The notes below the pieces were generated by a model that saw only the letters and a program-made list of their open reading frames with translations, had not been told where the DNA came from and did not search any database. Both the position numbers and the translations under genes were made by a program. Of a stretch of 64,000 nucleotides of DNA, positions 18,993 to 28,960 are shown piece after piece; position 1 is the stretch's first letter, and each line of letters opens with the position of its first letter. The DNA is from an uncultured delta proteobacterium. GTDB lineage: Bacteria > Desulfobacterota > Desulfuromonadia > Geobacterales > DSM-12255. The stretch covers positions 160,001-224,000 of the forward strand of contig CAWBBV010000001.1 of assembly GCA_963787125.1 (NCBI GenBank), read 5' to 3'.

Positions 18993-20912
18993 ATGCCAAA
19001 GCCCAAAAAATCTGAAAAACTGAAAAAACCGAAATCCATATCATCGACTCAATCCCTCTCGTCCTTCGTCAAATCAATCTGCGACATCATGCGCCGTTCC
19101 AACTGCGCCAGTGCCTTGCAGTATGTGCCCGAGCTGACCTGGATTCTTTTCCTCCGTATCCTCGATGCCCAGGAAGATAAACAGCGGGAAGACGCTGAGG
19201 CCGTTGGCAAGTCCTTTTCCCCGGCCATCAGGGAGCCGTTCCGCTGGCAGGACTGGGCCGCGCCGCCACCAAAGAATGATGCCGAGGCCCTGGCGCATCC
19301 GCGAACACGGGAAGGGAAACTGTTCGGCTGGAAACGGGCCGAGCTCACCGCCGGGAAAATCGGTGACTTCTTCGCCTTCATCAACAAGGAGCTGCTTCCC
19401 TACATGCACGCTCTGGATGTGCTGCCGGATGGACGCTCCAATCCCTCGGCCACTCCGAAACAGCGGGTCTTGGGCCGGATCATGGCTTCCGTGGAGCGGA
19501 CGAGGGTGGATGATGAAGCGAATCTGGGCGATATCCTCGACAAGGTTCATACAATCAGTATCGATCACATCGACGACCAGCACTTCTTTACCCTGTCACA
19601 GGTGTACGAAGACCTGCTGCTGAAGATGGGGGAGAAGAACTCGGACGGCGGCCAATTCTTTACGCCGCGCGAGGTGATCCGGGCCATGGTGCGGACCATC
19701 GATCCACAGCCCCATGAGAAGGTTTACGACCCATGCTGCGGCACCGGCGGCTTTCTGGCCCAGACCTACGAACTGCTGGAGCAAAAGCTCGGCGATGCGC
19801 CGGCGTCAACCGATCTTGCCCGGCTCAAGACGGAAACCTTCTTCGGCCGCGAAAAGGAGAATCTGGTTTTCCCTATCGCCCTGGCCAACCTGGTACTGCA
19901 CGGTATCGATCAGCCAAATCTGTGGCACGGCAATACCCTGACCGGAGCGCCGACCTACGATGCCTTGTTCGAGGGCGCACCGCCGACTTTTGACGTTATC
20001 CTGACCAATCCCCCCTTTGGCGGCAAGGAAGGGAAGGCGGCGCAGAAGAATTACAGTTTTGAGACCGGTTCGACTCAGGTGCTGTTTCTGCAGCATGTGT
20101 TGTCGGAGCTGTCGCCAACGGGGCGCTGCGGAATCGTCCTTGACGAGGGGCTGCTGTTTCGCACCAATGAAAGCGCTTTCGTGGAGACAAAGCGAAAGCT
20201 GCTGGATGAGTGCGATCTCTGGTGCATCGTCAGCCTGCCGGGCGGGGTGTTCTCCACTGCCGGGGCTGGAGTGAAGACCAACCTGCTGTTCTTCACCAAA
20301 GGCAAGAAGACCGAGCGCATCTGGTATTACGATCTCTCTCACATCAAGATGGGCAAGAAATCACCGATGACGCTGGCGCATTTTGGCTGGGGGAGTCATG
20401 GTGAGCTGCTGGATGATGCCGCGCTGCCAGCTACCCTGATCCGCGACTGGCGCGAGCAGGAGGGCAATGAAGGGAAAGCATTCCCGAGTTTTGCCCGGAT
20501 GCTCGCCAGTCGCGACACCAAGGACGGCGAAAGCGATTTCTCCTGGACAGTGGATTATGTGGTTCGAAGGGCCAAGGCACGCGAGGAGATGGCTCCACAC
20601 CTTGAGGAAGTAGAAAAGCAGAAGGTCGAGACGGTCAAGCTGAAAGAGAAATTGTCTGCCTTGAGAAAATCGAACGCAGACGACAAAAAAATGTCCTCCT
20701 GCCGCGAAGCTCTGGCTGCGACAGAAAAAGCCGCCCGTGAAGCACAGGCGAAAGCTGATGCGATTGATGCGGCGGTATATGACTTGAAGGCAGTGAATCC
20801 CCGTGCCAGGATTGATCGTGATGAACGGACAGCTGCGGAGGTTGTTACTGCTATTGAGAACTATGGAAAAACTGTGGATGCTGCATTGGCTAGGTTGAAG
20901 TCACTTTTATAA
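18993..20912 (+). CDS. hsdM: Type I RM N6-adenine methyltransferase M subunit
   Basis: GQFFTPR, YDPCCGTGGFL, ILTNPPFGG, GVKTNLLFF; long C-terminal coiled coil ending LKAVNP. Confidence 0.93.
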   Translation: MPKPKKSEKLKKPKSISSTQSLSSFVKSICDIMRRSNCASALQYVPELTWILFLRILDAQEDKQREDAEAVGKSFSPAIREPFRWQDWAAPPPKNDAEALAHPRTREGKLFGWKRAELTAGKIGDFFAFINKELLPYMHALDVLPDGRSNPSATPKQRVLGRIMASVERTRVDDEANLGDILDKVHTISIDHIDDQHFFTLSQVYEDLLLKMGEKNSDGGQFFTPREVIRAMVRTIDPQPHEKVYDPCCGTGGFLAQTYELLEQKLGDAPASTDLARLKTETFFGREKENLVFPIALANLVLHGIDQPNLWHGNTLTGAPTYDALFEGAPPTFDVILTNPPFGGKEGKAAQKNYSFETGSTQVLFLQHVLSELSPTGRCGIVLDEGLLFRTNESAFVETKRKLLDECDLWCIVSLPGGVFSTAGAGVKTNLLFFTKGKKTERIWYYDLSHIKMGKKSPMTLAHFGWGSHGELLDDAALPATLIRDWREQEGNEGKAFPSFARMLASRDTKDGESDFSWTVDYVVRRAKAREEMAPHLEEVEKQKVETVKLKEKLSALRKSNADDKKMSSCREALAATEKAAREAQAKADAIDAAVYDLKAVNPRARIDRDERTAAEVVTAIENYGKTVDAALARLKSLL

Positions 20913-20914
20913 AG

Positions 20915-22783
20915 ATGCCATTGAAAATGTTTATCCTCGACACAGTCGTCTATTTTCAGCGGAGCAGATTCTACCTGTTAAAATTAAAAACCGCCATCAT
21001 CCTCTGCCTCATTGTCGCTACTATCGCCGCCTACTGGCAGATCGCCGGCAATGGTTTCATCAATTTCGACGACCCGGAATATCTTTATGCCAACCCCCAT
21101 GTTCTCAAGGGATTAACACCGGAAAACCTTGTCTGGGCGCTGTCCGCCACTGATTACAGCAACTGGCACCCGTTGACCTGGCTCGTCCATATGTTGAATT
21201 ATCAACTGTTCGGACTCAATCCGTCCGGACATCATCTGGTGAGTCTGGGGCTGCACACGGCAAACGTAGTCGTGCTTTTTCTTCTGCTGCGTCGCATGAC
21301 CGGCGCACTCTGGCGTAGCGCCGCTGTTGCCGCGCTGTTCGCGCTTCATCCGTTGCATGTGGAATCGGTTGCCTGGGCCGCGGAATTGAAAGATCTGCTC
21401 AGCACTTTTTGCGGCTTTTTATGCCTCTATGCCTATGTACGCTATAGTGAATCGCCACAAACCGGGCGTTACCTGCCGGTGCTCCTACTGTTGGCCCTGG
21501 GTCTCATGGCAAAACCAATGCTGGTTACGCTGCCGTTGGTGATGCTGTTGCTTGATTATTGGCCGTTGCAGCGCTTTGGCAAAAATAATGGTGGAGCTAA
21601 CGAGTGCTCAGTCTGGCGCATAGTTCAGGAAAAGATTCCGCTGGTCTGCCTGAGCAGTGTCTCCTGCCTGATTACTTTCTATGCCCAGCAAAAAGGACTG
21701 GCGATCCGGTCACTTACCGAGACTACCCTTTTAGCCAGGATCGCCAATGCTCTGACTTCATACGCTGCCTATCTCGGCAAAACATTCTGGCCTCTCGATC
21801 TTGCGGTCCTCTATCCGTTCCCGCCGGAAGTCCACGTTTGGCGGGGGCTCCTGGCCGCACTGCTGCTGGTGGCCATCAGTTTTGTTACTTTCCGAACAAG
21901 GAAGAGTTGTCCTTACATTATCGTCGGCTGGCTCTGGTTTCTCGGCACGCTGGCACCGGTCATCGGTATCGTCAGGGTAGGGATGCAGTCGATGGCTGAT
22001 CGTTATATGTATTTTCCACTGACAGGAATCCTGATCATGGTGGTTTGGGGTGTTTCCGAAGCTGCTTCAGATTTGAGGTGGCGCCAAGCGTTTCTGGCAC
22101 TGGCGACCGCCACCGCATTAAGCCTCTCTGCGGCTGTCACCTGGCGTCAGTCGGCGTATTGGCAGAGTAACAGCACCCTTTATCGCCGAACCCTTGCGGT
22201 AACCGGTGACAACTTCATCATTGAGAACAATCTCGGTTTCGCCCTGGATGGTGAGGGTAGATTCGCTGAAGCCACGGACCATTACCATGAGGCACTCCGC
22301 ATCGCCCCATGGTACGCCAGGTCATTACTTAACATGGGGGTGACTCTGCGCAAGCAGGGCAAAGTTGATGAAGCGGTCAAATATCTGCAGAGTGCCCTTG
22401 TGCAACAGCCTGATAACGCCGCAGCATACAACGAGCTTGGCGTGGCAATGCTGCAGAAGGGAGAGCTTGATGACGCCGTGACAAACCTGCAGCTGGCAGT
22501 CAGGTTCGATCCCGGCCTGGCGGATGCATATTACAATCTTGGCCTGACGTTTGCGCGCGCCGGGAATTCGGTTGCAGCAGTTGACTGCTATAGCCGCTCA
22601 TTGCAACTCAAGCCGGATGATTTCGACGGTCATTATAACCTAGGCATCGAATATGCCCGGCAACAACGGTATGATGAAGCGATCCGGCATTTTAACAGGG
22701 TGCTGGCGCTGAACCCTGACCGGGAGCTGTATCTGCTGGCTCAGCAGGGGATCGAAAAAGCTTTACGCCTTAAAGCCCGATAA
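20915..22783 (+). CDS. Multi-TM GT-C-like membrane protein with C-terminal TPR repeats (TMTC-like)
   Basis: NFDD, WHPLTW, FALHPLHVESVAW, ADRYMY followed by multiple TPRs; start codon uncertain. Confidence 0.8.
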   Translation: MPLKMFILDTVVYFQRSRFYLLKLKTAIILCLIVATIAAYWQIAGNGFINFDDPEYLYANPHVLKGLTPENLVWALSATDYSNWHPLTWLVHMLNYQLFGLNPSGHHLVSLGLHTANVVVLFLLLRRMTGALWRSAAVAALFALHPLHVESVAWAAELKDLLSTFCGFLCLYAYVRYSESPQTGRYLPVLLLLALGLMAKPMLVTLPLVMLLLDYWPLQRFGKNNGGANECSVWRIVQEKIPLVCLSSVSCLITFYAQQKGLAIRSLTETTLLARIANALTSYAAYLGKTFWPLDLAVLYPFPPEVHVWRGLLAALLLVAISFVTFRTRKSCPYIIVGWLWFLGTLAPVIGIVRVGMQSMADRYMYFPLTGILIMVVWGVSEAASDLRWRQAFLALATATALSLSAAVTWRQSAYWQSNSTLYRRTLAVTGDNFIIENNLGFALDGEGRFAEATDHYHEALRIAPWYARSLLNMGVTLRKQGKVDEAVKYLQSALVQQPDNAAAYNELGVAMLQKGELDDAVTNLQLAVRFDPGLADAYYNLGLTFARAGNSVAAVDCYSRSLQLKPDDFDGHYNLGIEYARQQRYDEAIRHFNRVLALNPDRELYLLAQQGIEKALRLKAR

Positions 22784-22880
22784 CTTATTAGCCCTTTCAA
22801 GCATAATCCAGATTGAAACGCTTGGCAAAATCTGCGATTATTCACGACTGTTCAGAAACGCGAGATAAAAAGAGGTTTTC

Positions 22881-24551
22881 ATGTCAACCAACAGCACTAT
22901 TCCGCTTCAGGCGGCAAATTTTATCCGGAACATTGTTGCCGATGATCTGGCCAGCGGCAAGCATCAAACCATTGTCACCCGCTTTCCTCCCGAACCAAAC
23001 GGCTACCTGCATATCGGTCATGCCAAGTCGATCTGCCTGAACTTCGGCGTTGCCAGAGATTTTGGCGGTCAATGTCATCTCCGCTTTGACGACACCAATC
23101 CTGCCAAAGAGGATGTGGAGTATACCGAATCCATAAAAGAGAATGTCAAATGGCTCGGCTTTGACTGGGGTGAGCATCTCTACTACGCATCGGACTATTT
23201 CCAGCAGCTCTACGATTGGGCAGAAGTCCTGATTACTGAAGGGAAAGCATACGTTGATGATCTCTCGGCCGAAGAGATCCGCAGCTATCGTGGCACCTTG
23301 ACGGAACCAGGGACTGAGAGCCCGTTCAGGAGCCGCACGCCGGAAGAAAACCTGACGCTGCTGCGCCGGATGCGGGCAGGTGAGTTTCCTGACGGCAGCA
23401 AGGTAGTGCGGGCAAAGATCGATATGGCGGCACCAAATATTAATCTGCGCGATCCGGTCATATATCGCATCCTGCGGGCGACTCACCCCCATACGGGCGA
23501 TGCCTGGTGCATCTACCCGATGTACGATTATGCCCACGGCCAGTCCGATGCCATCGAAGGGGTGACTCATTCCATCTGTACGCTGGAATTTGAGGATCAC
23601 AAGCCGCTTTATGAATGGTTTCTCGGCAATCTGCCGGTTCCGGCAATCCCGAAACAGTACGAATTCTCTCGGTTGAATCTCACCTACACGGTCATGAGCA
23701 AGCGCAAGCTTTTGCAACTTGTTCAAGACGGTGATGTTGCCGGCTGGGACGACCCGCGCATGCCGACGCTGGCGGGCCTGCGGCGCCGGGGGTATACTCC
23801 GGAATCCATCCGCAGCTTCTGCGAGCGTATCGGGGTTGGTCGCAGTGATTCCTGGATCGACATGAGCATTCTGGAAGAGTGCGTCAGGGAAGGTCTGAAC
23901 AGCAGCGCCCGCCGGGTTATGGCGGTGCTGCAGCCGGTGAGGCTGTTAATCGATAATTATCCCGCCAATACGTGTGAGGAGCTTGTCATCCCCTACCATC
24001 CCCAGCAGCCTGAGCTCGGCAGCCGCACGGTGCCTTTCAGTGGTGAGCTGTTCATCGAGGCGGATGATTTTCAGGAGGTGCCGGAAAAAGGGTTCAAACG
24101 ACTGACGCTTGGAGGTGAGGTCAGGCTGCGCAACGCCTATATCATCCGCTGCGACAGCGTTGAGAAAGATCCTTCAGGAGCTGTTACCGTGTTGCACTGC
24201 ACCTATGATGCGGATAGCAAAAGCGGTCTGGCTGGGAGTGACCGCAAGGTAAAAGGGGTAATCCACTGGGTGTCGGCGCGCCACTCCATCAGCGCCCCGG
24301 TGCGGCTTTATGACCGGTTGATCTCGGTTGCCAGCCCGGCAGGGGATGACTGGAAAAGCGCCCTTAATCCGGACTCAGTACAGTTGCTGACCGACGCCCG
24401 TCTGGAACCGTCACTGGCAGCGGCCCAGCCCGAAGAGCGTTTTCAGTTCGAACGACTGGGGTATTTCACAGCGGATCAACAGGAGACGCAATCGGGCAGG
24501 CCGGTCTTTAACCGGACGGTAACGCTGCGTGATTCATGGGCAAAGAGATAA
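22881..24551 (+). CDS. glnS: Glutamine--tRNA ligase
   Basis: [40 protein letters not shown]. Confidence 0.97.
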   Translation: MSTNSTIPLQAANFIRNIVADDLASGKHQTIVTRFPPEPNGYLHIGHAKSICLNFGVARDFGGQCHLRFDDTNPAKEDVEYTESIKENVKWLGFDWGEHLYYASDYFQQLYDWAEVLITEGKAYVDDLSAEEIRSYRGTLTEPGTESPFRSRTPEENLTLLRRMRAGEFPDGSKVVRAKIDMAAPNINLRDPVIYRILRATHPHTGDAWCIYPMYDYAHGQSDAIEGVTHSICTLEFEDHKPLYEWFLGNLPVPAIPKQYEFSRLNLTYTVMSKRKLLQLVQDGDVAGWDDPRMPTLAGLRRRGYTPESIRSFCERIGVGRSDSWIDMSILEECVREGLNSSARRVMAVLQPVRLLIDNYPANTCEELVIPYHPQQPELGSRTVPFSGELFIEADDFQEVPEKGFKRLTLGGEVRLRNAYIIRCDSVEKDPSGAVTVLHCTYDADSKSGLAGSDRKVKGVIHWVSARHSISAPVRLYDRLISVASPAGDDWKSALNPDSVQLLTDARLEPSLAAAQPEERFQFERLGYFTADQQETQSGRPVFNRTVTLRDSWAKR

Positions 24552-25025
24552 TTATTTCAGTTCTTTGAGAGTCTGTGGCGTGATCTCGTTAAAGCGGAGT
24601 ATTTTTTTACCCTTATGATCAATCAGGAATGAAGCGGCATCTTTCTGCGTGGCAAACGGGACCAGTTCAGCCCCCATTGGGCCGTAGACATCACTGCCAA
24701 CAACAAAAAACGCTTTTCTGGCATCGATCATTTTCTGCGTATAATATTCTTTTACCGCATGGCTGCTTATGTCGCTCTGTTTTTTACCCGGGGTATAGCG
24801 CCCGGCATTGAGATAGTGGCTGAACATATCTTTTGGCCCGTCAAAGAAATATGTTGTGCCGTCACTGACTTGCGCAGAGGCTGTCCAGGTCGGGAATTTA
24901 GCCACAAACATCCCGCAAACCGGGCATTTATCCTTTGCCGTGGGGGTAGCCGCAGCCAAGGCAAATGATGTGATGAGCAGCAGGGTCGGAAGAATCAGTA
25001 CTGCAACGGTAGTAAATCTTTTCAT
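24552..25025 (-). CDS. NosL-family copper-binding periplasmic protein
   Basis: Signal peptide, CPVCGM, FFDGPKDM, GSDVYGPMG.ELVPF, A..F..DH.G. Confidence 0.88.
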   Translation of the reverse strand: MKRFTTVAVLILPTLLLITSFALAAATPTAKDKCPVCGMFVAKFPTWTASAQVSDGTTYFFDGPKDMFSHYLNAGRYTPGKKQSDISSHAVKEYYTQKMIDARKAFFVVGSDVYGPMGAELVPFATQKDAASFLIDHKGKKILRFNEITPQTLKELK

Positions 25026-25044
25026 GGCGTCCTTTTAAATAAAC

Positions 25045-25085
25045 AAGACGGGCCCGGCAAATATTCAATCTGCCGGGCCTGTTGT
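25045..25085 (-). terminator. Intergenic hairpin between the two NosL genes
   Basis: GGCCCGGCA...TGCCGGGCC inverted repeat. Confidence 0.5.
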
Positions 25086-25092
25086 TGAGTTC

Positions 25093-25593
25093 CTACATCT
25101 TATGGCCGCTGTGGCCTTTGGGTTTGTCCTGTTCTGCCAACTCTTTCTCCGTAACTTTTACCACATCGTCAAAAGTGGCCAGCTTGCCGCCGTTCCCCTT
25201 GATGAACTTCTCCGCGCCGCTTTTATCGGCAAAAGCCCATTTGGCAACCTGAGTCATAACCCCCTGCTTCTTGCCGCCGATAACCCAGGTTGCAGTTTTG
25301 GCGTCGATAAGTTTTTTGCTGTCATAGTCACCCACCTGGAATGATTTGACCTCTTTCCCCTTGTTCGCCTTCAAATCAACGACTGCACAGTTGATGCTGC
25401 AGGTGCCGGTGCTGCCGTCTTTGTAGGTCACCACCATCCGGCTCTGGGCAAATTTAGTCCGGTTCATGCCGCATTTCTGGCAGTCGGCCGGGGCTTCCAC
25501 TTTTGTGTCCGCTGCCAGGCAGGTTGTGCCCAAAGCAAGCAGCAGCATGATGCTTATCCAAAGTCTTGTCATGTTAAAATCGCTCCGTGTCAT
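25093..25593 (-). CDS. NosL-family protein (second paralog; start may be 25572)
   Basis: Signal peptide, CQKCGM, CSINC, GVMT..AKWAF, His-containing C-terminal tail. Confidence 0.85.
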   Translation of the reverse strand: MTRSDFNMTRLWISIMLLLALGTTCLAADTKVEAPADCQKCGMNRTKFAQSRMVVTYKDGSTGTCSINCAVVDLKANKGKEVKSFQVGDYDSKKLIDAKTATWVIGGKKQGVMTQVAKWAFADKSGAEKFIKGNGGKLATFDDVVKVTEKELAEQDKPKGHSGHKM

Positions 25594-25596
25594 TAG

Positions 25597-25977
25597 TTAT
25601 TTTTTCACCTTTACCATGTCCTTGCCGCAGCCGCATTTGCCCGCTTTCTGACTGACAAAACCGCAGTCACAGCCTTCACCACAGCCGCACATGAATTTCC
25701 CTTTCTGTGGGGCAGAGAGTTCCTTGCCTTCAAGGTTGTAATAGACTTTGCCCTTTTCCACCTTGGTGATCGTGGTTTTTACCAGCTTCTGGCCGCAGCC
25801 GCATTCACCCTCCTTTTTGGCGAGAGTGCCGCACTTGCAGGAGGCGCCGCAGGAGCAGACGTAAATCTCATCACCTGCCTTGGCGTCAAACTTCCCTTTC
25901 GATCCTTTGTCGGCAAATGCCAGCCCAACTGTAGCTAAAACGAACAGCGAGATTACAACAAGAACGAGTTTTTTCAT
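25597..25977 (-). CDS. Exported Cys-rich protein with two CxCGxxCxCG...GxCGCG repeats (metallothionein/HMBD-like)
   Basis: Signal peptide ending AFA; 12 Cys in six CxC pairs; RBS AGGAGG. Confidence 0.8.
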   Translation of the reverse strand: MKKLVLVVISLFVLATVGLAFADKGSKGKFDAKAGDEIYVCSCGASCKCGTLAKKEGECGCGQKLVKTTITKVEKGKVYYNLEGKELSAPQKGKFMCGCGEGCDCGFVSQKAGKCGCGKDMVKVKK

Positions 25978-26093
25978 GATGTTTCCTCCTTATGGAAATA
26001 GTACATACATAATATCCAAGAAAGGAGAATTGTCCAGAGAATCACGGCGGCACGCTATAGCTCGGGATTCTTTTGACAGTGGCAAGCACTGCG

Positions 26094-26124
26094 TTGTAAG
26101 CCCCCAGTTGCAGGGGGGCTTACA
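26094..26124. terminator. Hairpin downstream of the Fn3 lipoprotein gene
   Basis: TTGTAAGCCCCC...GGGGGCTTACAA inverted repeat. Confidence 0.7.
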
Positions 26125-26167
26125 ATCGGTTTTATGAGCTGAGCATTGGGCACTTATGCCGCACCGG

Positions 26168-27061
26168 TTACTGTTTCGTTATCACCTGGGACTGCGGTAC
26201 ACCCATCATTGTTCCCATACTTCCATACCCCGCCATACTCGTTCCGGTCATGCAGGTCGTCATCATCATCCCCCCTGCAGTACAGTCTGCATAGGCCAGT
26301 TTGTTTATTTGGGCCGGTGTCAACGCTGTTGTCGGGTCTGTGGTGTTAACAAAGATCATGGCGTAAGCGTTGTGGTTATTGGGAGTACCCGCCGTCAAGC
26401 CGTAGTAATGTGTCCCCCCCGGAGCAAATCCGCCAAGATCAAACGTGTCGGTTGTGGTCAACGCAAAGGTAGTTACCAGCAGACCGCCCAGGGTTGCATC
26501 GGCCACCGACGACAGCTGATTGTTGAGCGTTACCGTGGTCATCGGCGGGCCATACACCGGCGGAGTGCCGTTTTTGGTCATGGACTGGGTTAGCGAGCCG
26601 GTCAGGTTCGTTACAGCCTTACTAGTGGCATCATAGGTGAATGTCCCGGTGAAGATGGAATCATTGGGCTGAGTCATCGGCTCATGAAATGTTTCAATAA
26701 CTTTGTAAAAATTAAGAAGCCCGGTGGTAGCCGGCGCGCTGGTTCCCACGCCGTTGGTGGCAACCACACTGTAGGTGTAGGCGGTTTGTGGCGTCAGCCC
26801 GCTCAGGGCAATCGGTGAGGAGGCCCCTGTCGCGGTGATTCCGCCGGGATTGGCAGTTACCGTATAGCCGGTGATTGAACTGCCACCGTTAGAAGCAGGC
26901 GAGGTAAAACTTACCGAAGCTGTCGTGCCTAAAGTGGGTCCAGCTGCTACCTTTACATTAGTCGGCGTAGTGGCTACGGTGGGACTGCTGTCGCCACCCC
27001 CGCCGCATGCAGCCAGGGATATACCTATAATTAATGTCAGAAATAATTTAATTGAATTCAT
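26168..27061 (-). CDS. Lipoprotein with fibronectin type III domain and Met/Cys-rich C-terminal domain
   Basis: Lipobox LAAC; GGSSITGYTVTA...YTYSVVATNGVG Fn3 signature; C-terminal AYADCTAGGMMMTTCMTGT; RBS GAGGAGG. Confidence 0.8.
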   Translation of the reverse strand: MNSIKLFLTLIIGISLAACGGGGDSSPTVATTPTNVKVAAGPTLGTTASVSFTSPASNGGSSITGYTVTANPGGITATGASSPIALSGLTPQTAYTYSVVATNGVGTSAPATTGLLNFYKVIETFHEPMTQPNDSIFTGTFTYDATSKAVTNLTGSLTQSMTKNGTPPVYGPPMTTVTLNNQLSSVADATLGGLLVTTFALTTTDTFDLGGFAPGGTHYYGLTAGTPNNHNAYAMIFVNTTDPTTALTPAQINKLAYADCTAGGMMMTTCMTGTSMAGYGSMGTMMGVPQSQVITKQ

Positions 27062-27172
27062 TTTATCCTCCTCTTGTTTTGTAGCGTAATTGTTTGAAAT
27101 AAGGCGCCCCATTGCTCCGACGCCTCCACGAGAAGCTCCTTAAACAATCCTTGGCGGGACCTTTCAGGTGCT

Positions 27173-27655
27173 TCAGCTGGCGAGATTTCGCCTTGGAGGC
27201 GGATCCGGTGGATCTCCGGGCCAATCAGTCCGGCAAGCTGGAATATGTGCGCACTGTGATGCTTTAACGAACACGATATTACCCAGACTGAAAAGCGAAG
27301 GAAGCAGCTCACTCTGCGCTAATCCAGACAAAGCCAGGACTTTACTGCTACCGCACGAACACGAGCTGATCGTCGCAGTAGCAACCATTGGAGCATGTTT
27401 TTTTCGGCAGCACGCAGGTTCGTCATGATCGTCGTGCTGCTCCTGCAGCTGTTTTTTCTGCCAGCAGCAGCAGGTATGGTTGGCGCTCCGTTCGGGGGAA
27501 CAGCCGCAGATAGAGCAATCGGCAACACATTCTCCGGTAATGGCATGGGCAATCAGCGGAGAGTGCACGGCCAATGGCGCCAGCGGAGTCAGGATAATCA
27601 TCCCGTAGAGAATGACGAGCACGATTGCCGGTATGAAGCTGGGGAGTCTGCGCAT
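27173..27655 (-). CDS. Cys-rich protein with N-terminal hydrophobic segment and C-terminal DPPDPPP (DUF2946-like leader candidate)
   Basis: ECVADCSICGCSPERSANHTCCCWQK, CC and CSCG motifs; paralog of 32602..33189. Confidence 0.75.
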   Translation of the reverse strand: MRRLPSFIPAIVLVILYGMIILTPLAPLAVHSPLIAHAITGECVADCSICGCSPERSANHTCCCWQKKQLQEQHDDHDEPACCRKKHAPMVATATISSCSCGSSKVLALSGLAQSELLPSLFSLGNIVFVKASQCAHIPACRTDWPGDPPDPPPRRNLAS

Positions 27656-27726
27656 CAGGTTTTTCTGTTGCTCCTTGGAGCGGTCAATACTGCTCAGCAC
27701 AATTACTAAACAGTCACCGCTAAATG

Positions 27727-28935
27727 TTATTGCTTCGTTATTGCCTGGGATACGGGGTGTCCACTCATCGATCCGAGCGTTCCATAACCTGCCACTGTCG
27801 TTCCGGTCATACAGGTCCCTCCCATCATGCCGCCGGGGGCGCAGTCTGCGTATGCCAATTTATCGATCTGGGTTTGTGTCAAGGCTGCTGTCGGATCCTT
27901 GGTGTTGACGAAGATCATAGCGTAAGCGTTACCCGAATTCGCCCCCGGGAAACCGTAGTACAAAGCGAACCCTGTACCGGGAGACCAGCCATCGGTACCA
28001 TTAAACGTTGGGTTGGTTGTAAACGTGTTCCTGGTATTCTGCATGAAGGTTGTAACCAGCAGACCATCCACTCCACCAAGTGTAACGGGCACTGCTGACA
28101 GCTGATAATTAAGCGGCAACCAGGTCATCGTGTCATGCGGGTAGGCTACCGCCCCCCCAGTCATGGCTTCGCTCAAACTGCCGCGTAGATCCGACACCGC
28201 ACCTGTCGTGGCATTAAACGTGAACGTGCCGATGAACAGCGTGTTTTTCGGATACGTGTCAGGCTCCTGAAAAGTTTCAGTGACGGTATAGGCGGTGATT
28301 ACGTCTGTTGAAACGGAAACCGTCATGGACTGTGTCACCTGCGGCGCCGCATTGAAGAAGGCGTCACCTGACTGGTTGGCAGCGACCGTACAGACACCTG
28401 CCGTAAGATCGGTTACCAGGCCGGTGCTGCTATCGACGGTACAGACGGTTGGAGTAGTGCTGCTATATGCCACCGGCAGGCCGGAACTGGCTGTGGCCGT
28501 GACGCTGGCCGTGCCGCCCAGGCTCAGCGGGGGCAGAGCGCCGAAGCTGATGGTCTGGTCGGGATTGACAATCACGGGTAGACTTTGCGTTACCTGCGGT
28601 GCCGGTGAATATTGGCTGTTACCGGACTGATCGGCGGCAATGATACAGGTGCCTGCCGTATTGGCAGTGACTGCACCTGTGCCGCTCTGGACGGAACAGA
28701 CCGTCGGCGTTGTGCTGCTGTAGGTGACTGCCAGGCCTGAGCTGGCCGTGGCCGCGACAGTGGCCGTGTTGCCCTGGACGAGCGGGGGCGCGGTGCCGAA
28801 GCTGATGGTCTGCGGATGGGCTCCAATAGCCGGGCCATCGCCACTGCCATAGCAGCCGCCCAGTGACACAACTGCCAAAGCAGTCAGGACAATGCCGAAG
28901 CCAGCTCTTTTGAGAAAATAGAATAGTATTTGCAT
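27727..28935 (-). CDS. Lipoprotein with two Ig-like (QTISF) repeats and the same Met/Cys-rich C-terminal domain
   Basis: Lipobox LGGC; duplicated QTISF..ATASSGL.V.YSSTTPTVC..G.C..AA.QSG; C-terminal AYADCAPGGMMGGTCMTGT...ITKQ. Confidence 0.8.
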   Translation of the reverse strand: MQILFYFLKRAGFGIVLTALAVVSLGGCYGSGDGPAIGAHPQTISFGTAPPLVQGNTATVAATASSGLAVTYSSTTPTVCSVQSGTGAVTANTAGTCIIAADQSGNSQYSPAPQVTQSLPVIVNPDQTISFGALPPLSLGGTASVTATASSGLPVAYSSTTPTVCTVDSSTGLVTDLTAGVCTVAANQSGDAFFNAAPQVTQSMTVSVSTDVITAYTVTETFQEPDTYPKNTLFIGTFTFNATTGAVSDLRGSLSEAMTGGAVAYPHDTMTWLPLNYQLSAVPVTLGGVDGLLVTTFMQNTRNTFTTNPTFNGTDGWSPGTGFALYYGFPGANSGNAYAMIFVNTKDPTAALTQTQIDKLAYADCAPGGMMGGTCMTGTTVAGYGTLGSMSGHPVSQAITKQ

Positions 28936-28960
28936 GATATCCCTTTTACTGCGTGCCTTT

